In this document: positions 24,636 through 36,774 of the stretch, one piece after another
Layout: every line of letters begins with the position of its first letter
Numbering within the stretch: the first letter of the stretch is position 1
NCBI RefSeq assembly: GCF_018977255.1
Contig: NW_024704743.1
Coordinates: forward strand, 22,632,001-22,696,000
Direction of reading: 5' to 3'
DNA length: 64,000 nt
Source of the DNA: Callorhinchus milii
Taxonomy: Eukaryota
Made by a program: the position numbers and the translations under genes
The notes under the pieces: generated by a model
Seen by the model: only the letters and a program-made list of their open reading frames with translations
Told to the model about the DNA's origin: nothing
Databases searched by the model: none

Positions 24636-27464
24636 AGGGTGTTTGCAAAGTGAAGGCAGTTTCCTCCAATGTTCTGGCCAATAACCCCCCCCGATTGTAT
24701 TGAAAAAATGATCTTTCTTCTTGGCAATTTTTGGGACATTGTTGCAAGTTGGCTGCATTTAATACAAATAATAATCATTGCATTTGATACAGCACTTTAT
24801 CAGGTTGTCGAGACATCTCAAAGAGTTTCACAGAATATATTGTAATGTGGAGTGACTGTATATTTTGTGGGCGAAATGTGGCAGCCAATTGTGCACAGCT
24901 ATAGTTGCTTATCACATCATTGAAATATCACAAAGGTTTCAAAAAATGCAATTTTTTGTACAAGAATTTTGCAATTGCCAACAATTTTAGTGCAAAATAT
25001 TTACACTATCAACTGTACAAAAAGTATGAAAATGAGCACTTTCTCCTCAGCTTTTCCCTGTGAAAGGATATAATTATTCAAATACTCTGAAATGTAGATA
25101 ATTTGCCGTTTGTGGCACTGTAATGATATTCAATTAATCTACCAATGCTTTAGTTTTGGGTTAACTAGGATGCTTTGAACAGACAGTATTTGGCTGCACC
25201 TCATGATTTAATTATCTCAGTGTCCTCATCTGATATAGAATGACCACCGTCGCCTTTGTACTTAGTTTCTTTGGATACTCCTTAAATATGGTAATGGGTT
25301 TCACCATGTGTCAGATACCCGGCTGTCCAAAACAACAACAACTTGCACTTATATAGCGCCCTCTACCAGGGTAGCGTCTCATAGAGCTTGAGACACTCGT
25401 ATATTAAAAATAAATACATTAGAATGTTCATTCTAAGTTTAGAGTCCAATTGAAAACCATTTTAGTTATCAAAATAAGAGATGAAAGTATTTCTTGTTAG
25501 TTTTTATTCAGATAATAAAAAGCAGAGCAATCTGACATTGCTTCTAATCCTCTGAGTCTTGGGGGGACATTGATGCCCCTAAAATCAAATTTATACAGTT
25601 ACAATGCTGCATCTTTATACTGGTTCCAAGGTTAAAATCCAGTACAATTACTAGTACAAAACCACTCAGATAAAGCCATTCCATAAAGACTTAAATATAA
25701 AAATGTTTTAATTATCCTCTGGGCACCCATTAACACTTTACATTTTAAAAGAGATTTTGATTTTTACTTACCAATCAGCAAATATATTCTGAGCGCTTTC
25801 AACTGTGATGACCTTGAAGGTGTGTGTGCACGTACTTGGGATTTCGCCACAATAGTAATTGTTTCTGTCCTTAGCTTTACCTTGTTCAAGAAGAAATTTG
25901 TCGAAAAACCATTCATATTAGAGTCAGAGTAAGTTTCCAGGTAGAATTTATTGTCGTCTGAATGACTTTATTGCAGATTAGGTGGTCCATTCAACACATA
26001 AATGATTAGTATGACAGATTGTACTGTAGTTCAGATCCCAAATTTGTACACATTACTCCAAATGGGATTTCGAGTTTGTTCACAATGTTTCGCGAAATCC
26101 CATTATCACATCCTCTGACCTGAGTTCCATCCCTTTATCTATATACTTAATAACACGTTGCGTTCTCTTGATACTGCTGAAATTTTCTATGCTGAAGGTC
26201 TCAAAGAGTTAATACCACCAGAACATTACCAGATCCTTCTGGGCTGTATCAGGTAAACATATACTATTCTGTTTGTATTCGCAGTGCCTATTGCTCCATC
26301 CTAATCTCATGATCTTACATTTTGAAGATCTATAGTTACATTTATATTGTGCCCTTCACATGGGGTAGCATCTCAGAGCGCTCTCCTAACTTGGAGTCAT
26401 CAGCAAATCTAACTTCCTTAGACACAAGGAAAAGGAGGGATCTCAGTACAGTCCAGACCCTCGAGGCACCCATATTTTGACCCAGGTCCCCAAACAACAA
26501 CCCTCTGCTTCGTTCCGTCAGTCAATCAAGACTCACATCCTTTTCAAATGCAAAAGCTTCTGTAGAATTCTCTTGTGAGTTCTTCCCAGAATTCTTTCTC
26601 CTTTTACTGTGAAGGAAGTACCGTACAACAAGATTTTCTTGGGCTCAGATATCAAGGTTTGCGCCGAGTCCAGGAATCCACTCAATCGGTAGTAGAACTA
26701 AAGAACCTCTTTCACAGCACTTGCTTATCGGTCTCAAAATGTTTCTTTGAACTCGTTCAGCTCAAACATTCAAGTTTTGCCTTTGGGTGGTTTCTAATTA
26801 GCATACACTTTTGGCCTCCATTCATTCAATGTACTGCATAGTGCAATCGTCACTGTGTGGAAAAAAAACACTTTAGCCCATTTATAATATTCCTTGCATT
26901 TGATGCATCATTTTATCACTTTGTCAAAATGTCTAAAAGCGCTTCACAGAATTTTACTGTAAAGTGTTGTGATTATATCTGTAACCAATCAGCCATGAAG
27001 TGAATGAACAATTTTATCTGTGGGTCCTGTTGGACAGGACATTGGAAGAAATTCTCTGCTCTTTTGTCGAATACTGCCATAGGATCTTTATTGTACACCT
27101 GAACAGATGAGATTTTGGTTTCATGTCTCATCTGAAGGGCTGCACCTCCAACAATGCACTGTTTCGCCAGCATTTCACTGGTGTGTCAGTGTACCCTATG
27201 AGCTTATTGATATCCTTTAGTTTAGTAAACAATTTCCAGATCATATTTTCCCAGCTAAATTGATCTGGTCTGATTATATCTGTGTATTGTAAGAACCAGA
27301 AACCTTCACATAAATGAGACTGACTAAACACTGAGGAAATCATTGCCCTATAATTACTTCTACTTGTTCCATTCTGCACAAAGTAGAGTATGTTCAAAGC
27401 TATACATCTAAGTTGGATAATTTTAAAACCAAAAGTGAAAAGTAACTAAAATCAGGAACTTGTT

Positions 27465-27625
27465 GTTATGATCCGGAACGCACTGCCTGAAAGGGTGGTG
27501 GAAGCAGATCCAGTAGTAGCTTTCAAAAGGGAATTGGATAGGTATTTGAAAAGGAAAAACTTGCAGGGCGATGGGATGAGAGTGGGGGAGTGGGACCAGT
27601 TGGATAGCTCTTTCAGGCAAAGCAA
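27465..27625 (+). mobile_element. CR1-like LINE 3' end fragment
   Basis: ggaacgcactgcctgaaagggtggtggaagcag...aaaagggaattggata. Related pieces at about 9870-9990 and 16700-16830. Confidence 0.65.
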
Positions 27626-28673
27626 CATGAAAATTTTCCATTAGCTGAAAAAATAATTTATTTAATATGCATGTGCATAATTGAATACCATTTAAACTCA
27701 ATTGTTGATTCCTAATGTGACTTTTTATAATTTAGTTACTTGATGATCCTACGCTTATTTTGAGTATATTTTTTCTCTAAATTATTAAAACTCTAAAAGA
27801 GCAGAAGGACTGGCCTTTTTTGTTTGCATCCATTCATTTCTTCATTGATCCCTGGCATATGTCTCATCTCAAGCTGTGATCAAAGCTCTTGGTGGAAATA
27901 CTGCAATAGGCTTTGAAGCGAAGGTCACTTTGCAGAATGTGACTGGTTGTTGTACTTCAGAAAAATATGTTTGCGCAGACATAAAGCACAGGCTGCAATG
28001 TTTCTCCATTCCCATTAGTCCTTATTTTATTTTCTGAACATAAAATGCTTTACATATAATATTAAGTTTTTCCTTTAAATGAGTCCCAACATCCTGATCT
28101 CAACTACGTCTGCCATGTATAAATTAAACACATTTAAATACATCTTCTCATTTACCAGATCGGAATATAGATGGATGACTTGCTGCTAGGTCACTATCAA
28201 TGCCACTCTGAAAGAGGCACATAAAAGCAACTCGAGGGAATTTTTTCACTTCCGTTTTTGGCTCTTTTTACTTTCATTTTTCATAATATACTGCAAAGCT
28301 GTGGCAAAAATTTGAATGACAATCAATGAAGCTACAAGATCAACTGATGCAAAATGTAATTTACTTGATACCCCTAAAGCATCCGATCATCTCCATTACC
28401 TCGACTAAATTAAAGGTCTCCAGAGAATTAGCTAGAAAATGTTAGACTGCAATGGACTGAAATCTTCTTTATAAATGTAACAGCTTGAGATTTTATGACT
28501 GAATGAACGAACATCACCAGTCAGAATGAAGTACAGTATATCAAGAAAAATGATACATGCATAAAATAAGAGATATGAAATAGATAAGAAAAAGTAACAG
28601 AAGATGAAGTTAATTTTTTTTCAGTCTGTTATCTGCCCGAATCCTCAATCAGTTGTGTTATTTTCCAATGTAG

Positions 28674-28840
28674 ATGACTTGAAAAAAAGCCACTATCTGA
28701 AGAAGGGTGCTGTGCTGGTGGATGGTGTGGTTCTGAATGGACCTCTTCTAGATGCAAAAACAGGAGAGAAGTTTGTTGAAGATGCGTTCCCTATCATCAT
28801 GGAAGAGGCCATAAAGAAAGCTACTGACATCAATGAAAAG
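28674..28840 (+). CDS. GADL1: GADL1 exon 2 (DDLKKSHYLKKGAVLVDGVVLNGPLLDAKTGEKFVEDAFPIIMEEAIKKATDINEK)
   Basis: tag| acceptor and |gtacag donor. AVLVDGVVLNGP...GEKFVE is characteristic of GADL1 rather than CSAD or GAD1/2. Confidence 0.93.
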
Positions 28841-29810
28841 GTACAGTCTTAACAGATTGTATATGATTGTGTTTCTGAATGATAATAATAATCATCCTTG
28901 CATTTAATACAGCGCCTTATCACGTCTTCGAGACGTCTCAAAGCGTTTCACAGAATGTACTGTAAAGGGAATTGACTGTATATTTTCTGGGTGAAATCAT
29001 GCTTCCTCACTAGACAATATCCAGATATGTAAAGTTCTTTGAATTGGGAAATCTAGGTGAATCTAGGTGACTAACAGAGTCAAATGTTTTAAATTTGTGG
29101 GATGTCATCTTCAGTTCCCAAACACTACCACCACCGCCACCAACAATTTGCATTTTTATAGCGCCCCTCACGTAAGGCAGAGTCCAAGAGCGCTTGGCAG
29201 TGGCGAAGCACAATGCCAAACTGGGGTGAGGTGACTGTAGGCACGGTCGAAGAGGAAGAAGGTTTCAACGCAACTTGAAGATGGGGAAGGAGGGGGGGCA
29301 AGATGGAGGAATGGTTGGAGAGAGTTCCAGAGTTTCAGGGAGTAGTGGATGAAAATACACCTTACTGAAAGAAAATAATGTTCTTAACTCTCATCATGAA
29401 GTGCCTCACTGAATACTTTCCATTTGGTGTAAATTCTATGCCATTTTTGGAGCTTTTTACTGGTGGTAACTAACATTCCTTTCTTAACTTAATGTTTTTG
29501 CAAGTGAAAAATTGCGTCCTGTTTAGTACTGTATCCTACTGTAGATGACAGCAGTATGAATGGATTATTAGCAAGAAGATGAACTAAATTGGGTAGTGTG
29601 AGAACCAAAGTGCTAATGTGATGTAATTCAATTGCTGGAACTAATAGGAACAACAATGAATAACTTTACGAATGGATAAAGGGAAAGATTGTTGATGCCA
29701 TAAGTTATTCTTTTTTACCATTTCTAAGCAAAGGAAGCGCTGCTCTCACAATCTTGTGACCATACCTTTTCTGTGATCACCACACCTTTAACTCTGTATG
29801 TACCTTGCAG

Positions 29811-29937
29811 GTCTGCGAGTGGCAGCCTCCCGAAGAGTTGAAAAAACGGCTTGATCTGGAGTTGAGAGACACCGGAGAACCCCATGCCCACCTGTTACAA
29901 CGCTGTCGAGATGTTATAAAATACAGTGTGAAAACAA
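29811..29937 (+). CDS. GADL1: GADL1 exon 3 (VCEWQPPEELKKRLDLELRDTGEPHAHLLQRCRDVIKYSVKT)
   Basis: cag| ... |gtaaga, 127 nt; translation matches the GADL1/CSAD family. Confidence 0.96.
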
Positions 29938-30282
29938 GTAAGATGCATCGCTTTTTAAAATATGTGTAATGTGGACAGTTTATATTTAAAGGCAATACAA
30001 GACAAGAGGAGTCTGCTGTTTTTTGTATAATAATAATCCTTGCATTTGACATGGCACATTATCACGTTGTTGAGAAGCCTGAAAGCCCTTCACAGAATAT
30101 ACTGTAAAATGAAATGACTTTATATTTTATATGGAAGGAATGGTGCAGAAGCTGACCGGTACGGAACTCAAGTCAAATATCAGTACAAGAATGCTCTCTC
30201 TATATATGTATCCCCATCCCTATTATTCCCATCTTCCATATCCCTCTAGATCCCTCTATTCCCTTCTCCCTCATGTAAGCGT

Positions 30283-30593
30283 GGAGTCCTGTAGCTCAGT
30301 GGTTAGATAACTTGCCTTGCAAGCAAGAGACCTGGGTTCAGTTCCAGGCAGGGTGAAACCTTGGGCAAGTTTCCTTACTCCACACGCCTAATAATAATCC
30401 CTCCAAGACAAAACAATAATAAATTGGTCATTTTCAATCCACAACTGTTTGTGGGACATTGCTGTGCGCAATCGGCTGCCGCGTTCGCCCACAAATATAC
30501 AGTCAATTCACTTTACAGTGTGTTCTGTGAAGCGCTTTGGGACGTCCTCCTGACGTGAGAAGCGCTATATCAAATGCAAGGATTATCATTATT
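30283..30593 (+). mobile_element. tRNA-derived SINE, full length
   Basis: ggagtcctgtagctcagtggttag head, shared body, (TTA)n tail; taagc on both sides is a possible TSD. Confidence 0.9.
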
Positions 30594-32943
30594 AAGCATC
30601 AGGTTTTCTCTCAAGTCCATCGATTCTTTTTGCTTTAAGCACAACTTCATAATCACTTAATAATTACAATAATGTAATAACCACTACTTAATCACTGTCT
30701 TGAATTCATCTGCTGAAATATTTGTCCTCATCTTTGGTGAGGAGAGGTTCAAGCTCACTAACATTTCGAAAGCTGAATACATTAGACGTAGAACCCAATT
30801 ATAGTGTGGTAATTGATGTTCATAATATCCCAACTTGCCGTGCAATAGGGTGTAATTGCTGGTCAGTGCTTCTACATTCACTGCGCTTTCACACAAAAAC
30901 ACAGCCAATATCTTTGCTTAAAAACTGGTTGAATTCTGGGTGCAGGAAGTGACGTCAAAGATGACCTGATGTGAGGGAAGCTGGCAGGCATTTGAAAGCG
31001 AGATACCATAAACTCTGGTTAACTTGATCCTGTCTTAACTCGTCACTATTACTTAAATGGTCATGCCATCATTATCCACTGCTTCCCCTGCAAAATATTA
31101 ATAAGGATAGATGTGTTACTCATCACTCCGTTTAACTCATCACGTTCTAGAAATTCTTATGAGTATTTACAATGTCAAATTGATCAGATAACCCAAAAAC
31201 AACTTGCATTTATATAGCGCCCATCACTCAGGGTAGTGTCCCAGAGCGCCTGACAGTGTTGCAGCACGACGTCGAGCTGGAGGAAGGGGGGGGGGAGGCG
31301 ACCATAGGTATGGTTGTAGGTCTTCAGGTGCGACCTGAAAATGGGGAAGGAGGGGGCAAGGCAGGGGGGATAGAGGAAGAGTGTTCCAGAGTTTGGGGGC
31401 ATAGTGGCTGAGAGCGCGACCACCGATGGTGGAATGGAGGAAAAGAGGAGCAAGTAGGAGGCTGGGGCCAGTCGACTGGAGCCAGTGGATAGTGGTTTGG
31501 GGAGTAAGCAGGTCGGAGAGTTAGAGAGGTGCCAGGGCATGAAGAGAATTGTAGACGAGTCTTGCATCACAGAGGCCTCCTGCCCTATTCTGTGACTGGT
31601 TCGGGTGTTCGGTGGAGGTTGGGTGACCATGATCAATTGCGGTGTCTGTAGCGAGTGGGTGCTGACAGTGCGAGCGGGAGAGAGGGGCGCAGAGGAGCCT
31701 GGAGCAAAAGTGGGAATTTTCTGTATGATAGTTGCATATTTAGAATAGATATGTAGATTTTATTTATATATTATATATACACATAATGTATTCAGGATAT
31801 ACAGGATGTACTCTGTATAAAAAGTATATTCAGAGGACATACGGCTAACTCATCACATTGGATAAGTTTATTATAACATGACTTGAAGCGAGCTGGCAGA
31901 CTTTCTGCATGTATTTTGATTTTTTGATAAGTAAATGCTGGGATCCACATACCAATTGCACATACTGTGATTACTGTATCTCATGGTAAATTAGATACAA
32001 AGAGAATTGATCTTTAACTATTCTAAGTTGCATTGAAAAATGGTGCTTCACACTGTCTCTAATGTACAATCTAAATTTAAAATAAAGCTGTAAAATAGTT
32101 ACCACAATGTTGCAAAACAGTATTTTTTAGAATTGATCTTTTCTAACATTTGTAAAACATTTATTACTTATTTATAGCGAAGGCATAAATTGTTATCAAG
32201 TAACAGAATGAACTTTTGAGAATCGGCGAGATGGCTTTCAATGTTACTGAGGTCCTGTACACTCTTATGTTACTTTGGATATGAGGAATCAACAATCACT
32301 GTTCTGCTTCTTTTGATCTAAATTCATGTATTAACCCCATTAAGGTTGCTTTCGCTTTTTTTAAAATTTGCTGAGTATTATTTTATTCAGGACATTAATC
32401 TTGGAAAATAGTCCCCAGGGTTACAGCAGTGCATGATCATTCACCGTGGCATTCAAAGTTGCAGGCTGGCTGGGTTGTTCACTGACTCTAACTGATGGAA
32501 ACCCAAAGACACATTTCTGTGCACCTTTGATTAAAAATGTGGCAACCCGTCAGTTTTGCTACGTCCTTGGACACATTCTGTATTTGTGCTGGATTTTGTT
32601 GATGATCATTTCCTTAATATTCCAACTAAAAACACAGAGGGTTTGTGTTGCAGTACAATGAAGCTCCAACGGTTTGTTTGGATCTGTGGTTTCTCCTTTT
32701 CTCTCTCCAACACTATATATAGTAAAGTGCATAAGAAAGGGAGATGGAGTCTAAATAAGAATAAGTTTTATCCCTTGTCAAGCAATTACGTCAGGCATTT
32801 CTTGGCTGCTGGTAAGAGAGCAGCAACATTATTAGCAAGTCCTGGGAGCAGATCACCTATCCAGCCGCTTGACCAGGGTTGTGTATTTTCCTGAAATAGC
32901 AAGAGGGGAGAAGAGGAGAGGGAGGAAATCATATTTTATAGAA

Positions 32944-33325
32944 CAGGGGCTTTCAAACTTTTTTGCACTGGATCCTCTTTCGGAGCTTAATACCCCATGC
33001 ATAACACAATCTTTCTCGAACATACCATGCTCGCGCACTCCTCATGAGGCACGGGCTACTCTTCCCCCTTGGCCTCTTGTCCCCGGGCTGGTTAGCGATC
33101 AAAATTTCAATCGGAGGGAACAGGATGAACCATTTTTTTTTCTTTCTCTCTCTCTTTCACTCACTCTTAAGGTCTGGCCTCTCACACTTGGCTTCTCTTC
33201 CCCCTCCCCCCAACGTGGGAAAAATGCCAGCAAAATGCTGTTAAGCAAGAAAACCTTCTTACCCAGTAGGCTGTTTGTGCATCCCCTACCAAGTCCAGGG
33301 GCACCCCTTCAGTTTGAACCCTCTG
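32944..33325. mobile_element. Non-autonomous hAT-type DNA transposon (MITE), 382 bp
   Basis: Imperfect TIRs CAGGGGCTTTCAAACT / AGTTTGAACCCTCTG and a perfect 8-bp TSD TTATAGAA (32936-32943 and 33326-33333). Confidence 0.85.
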
Positions 33326-35933
33326 TTATAGAATAAATCAGTAAATGAAAAAATATTTGAGAAAGTTCTCTGAATCACACATGGTTTAATGCACAAGCAA
33401 CAGTTTTTGCTTCATGGTGCCTGCAGGCAATGCAATATTTTTGTGTTTTTGAATCCTGTACAAGGCAACTCCATTGTCTCTCTTTCCCTTCCTCCCTCCT
33501 ATTTTCAAGCTCTGGAGCTGCAGTCAAATAAAATTCTTATAGTTGCTGTCGTGCATTTCACATTGCGAGGATGTCTCAAAGCTCTTCACAGGATTTATTA
33601 TAAAGTGTAATGTGTGCATTTTGTAGGTATGATGAACAAGGCTGCTGTCTGAGTTGTCAGGATTCTCCTGACGTCACTTTCTGGGCGTTGTACTATAATA
33701 ATAATCCTTACATTTGCTATAGCGCTTTTCACATTGGGAGGATGCCCAAAGTGCTACTCAGGATATATTGTAAAGTGGAGTGACTGTGTGTTTTTGCTGA
33801 TAGCGCTGCTAACATCACTTCCTGTGTGCTGTTTATACTATACAGTACAATACAAAATTACATTTGTAAAGTGACTTTCATGTCGGGAGGACGCCCCAAG
33901 TGGGCCCAAGCCGGCAGGGGGGGGGGGGCGGTGCTTGCATAAACAAGAAGCGCTGCTGCTATCAATTCTTTGGAAATGACATTAGAGGAGCTTCCGGCGC
34001 GAGAATGCATAGCACACGAAAAGTAACATTGCACATATGCACATGTTTCACAGAAGAGAGACAGGATGTAGCACAGGAAGTCTGTTAATCAGTAGCAAAC
34101 GCTGGGTATACTGTGCTTTTGGTTATTGTGGGTTCACATGCTGAAAGCACCATAAGATGTTGTGTTAAAACAGGAGGTGTTCTAACACGAGTTATCCTGT
34201 ATTAGTCAAGAACTGACGGTTCTTTTTCAAAAGAAAAAAAAGGGTGGAGACTAGTTGGATTTAAATTCTCAGGATTTTGGAAAGGGTACAATCAGCCGGG
34301 GTTCCTAATCCTGATTCCTATCCAGTCACCTCTGCTGGAAATGTTGTGTATATATCAGGTGAAGCTAGATTCAGGCTCAGATGTGATTGTCTCCCCACTG
34401 TCACACATTGTTCATGAATATTCATCATTTGGATGAGGTACCAGAGGCTCTGGCAGAGAAGGGGAAATAGTGGCAGAAAATAGGAGGGAGAAAGGGAAAG
34501 AAAGAAAATAGCCAAACAGGAGAAAGGTTAGTTCTGCCCATTCTACAGCAGAATGCAATTTCGCTATTCCGATGCGTGAACTGAGCCATATTCAATGATA
34601 AACATGTTAAACAAACAATTACCTTTGTGGTTTAGGAACAGTATTTGAGCACACTGCTGACATTACCCTCAGGAATAGCATCTGCTGTCCTTGGTGACAG
34701 TGGCGTGATATGATCTATGTGCCACTGTTTAGTAAACACTACGCACATTGGAAAAAGACAAAAATAAACCTAATCCTGTAATCCCTATGCAATAATTAAC
34801 TTGAGTTTATTTTAATGTAATAGGATTGAAAAACAGAAAATTGTCCTCAAGTACTTATTTATCCAAACTGTTTGTTATTCAAAACTCCGCCATCCAGGTT
34901 CACACCCGACGGAACTCCGTACCCCCATCACACCAGTACTTGCCAGGCTCCACTGGCTCCCAATCACCGAAAGGATCGACTTCAAGTTCCTCTCACGCGT
35001 TTTTAAATCACTTAATTCCCTCGCATCTCCCTACCTATCTGACCTACTTACTCCACCACCCGTTCGCTGCCTCCCCTTAGCTGGCTCTGGCCTCCTATTT
35101 GTCCCTCCTGCCCTCCGTTCCACCATCGGCGGCTGTGCCTTCAGCCACTATGCCCCGAAACTCTGGAACTTTCTTCCTCGATCCCTCCATCTTGCCCCCT
35201 CCCTCCCCACCTTCAAATCACACCTAAAGACCTTCCTTTTTGATCGTGCTTATGGTAACCTCCCCTACGCCCTCTCTCCCTGGCTCGTTCTCAGACTCCA
35301 CCACTAGGAAGCACTCTGGGATGCTACCCTGCGTGAAAGGCGCTATGTAAATGCAACTTGTTGTCATTATTCTGATTTTTTTTCTTGAGTTCTCTCTCTC
35401 TCTGGGTCTTCTCTGTTGAATATTGTACCTCATGCTGGGACTCTATTGTCCTGAAGTTTGTACTCGAGGCTGGGACTCTATTATCCTGAAGGTTGTACCC
35501 CATCCTGGGACTTTACTGTTCTGGAGGTTATACTCATGCTCCAATACCTCATTCAAATAGAAATTCTTCATGTGTGAACTTTCACAGTAGGCCATTTGAC
35601 CCTGTATCGTCCTCTTGATTTCTACACACAAGCAGGGGTAAGTAGATAGTAATCAGAAACTGGAATCCTGGATGACTCCTATCTCCCAGCCCAGTGCTGG
35701 GATGCTGAAGTCAATTCTAATTCTCACTCCTATTCAAGGGATCAGAAAATGCAGCACAGACCAGATATGAAACCTGGGGATATCTTGCTTTGTCTAACTC
35801 AGTATTATTAACCACCATTATGATCCACAGAAAATGGTCTAAAAAGAATTGGAGAACATGTTTTAACAAATGGCTGAATGGGTTTCTGTGTTTCGAATAT
35901 ACAGTATATATTTAGTTTGATTTGTTTCCATAG

Positions 35934-36024
35934 GCCATCCAAGATTCTTTAACCAGCTATATGCAGGGATGGACCATTATTCCCTTGTTGCCCGCTTTGT
36001 AACTGAAGCTCTCAATCCCAGTGT
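35934..36024 (+). CDS. GADL1: GADL1 exon 4 (SHPRFFNQLYAGMDHYSLVARFVTEALNPSV)
   Basis: tag| ... |gtaagt, 91 nt; conserved HPRFFNQL motif. Confidence 0.97.
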
Positions 36025-36774
36025 GTAAGTATTTTTTAACTTAAATTTTAGTGCATAGTGTTCTGTCTATTCTGTCTCCCACCCCCTTCTTCGAGTCAAC
36101 ATTTGGAATAATGGGGTGGTAGGGAGAGTAAGTTGGCCAGTTTTTCAAGTTTCATACATTTATTGCAATGAAGATCAATTCTATCAATTCAACTCACACT
36201 TACTTTTACTTTCACACTCTGAAGATCGCACATTATTGTTTATTATATGAGATGTTGCACGGAGCAAGAATTGTTAGCAGAAAAATTAGGGTGAGGTTAA
36301 AGGAAATATTTTCATTTAGAAGGTTAAGAGAGTAAATTCAATACCATCATTGGCTATTGAGTCTGGAATCATAAAAACATAAGAAATGCTAGATGTAAAA
36401 AGACCAAGTTCCATCTAGTTTGCCCTCCACTTTCCTGGCGGTCGCATGCACATATGTCCCACTACCTATGTACTGTATTCCAAAATGTTATTTCCTAAAA
36501 GAAAACTATCTAATCTGTGTTTGAAGGAATCAACACTTCCTGCTTCAACCGTCACCCTAGGGAGCCTATTCCACAGGTCCACTATTTGAATAATTCAAAA
36601 GGGAACTGGTTAAGCATCTGAGAAAAAAAATACTATGTATATGAAGAAAAAAAGAAGGAAGTGAAATTTAAAAAAAAGCATCTTAAAAAGAAGATAGAGG
36701 AAGTAGTGACACATACATGATTAGTTAAATTGCTTTCTTCTGTGGTGAAAATATCTTATGTTTCAATCAAGTCA

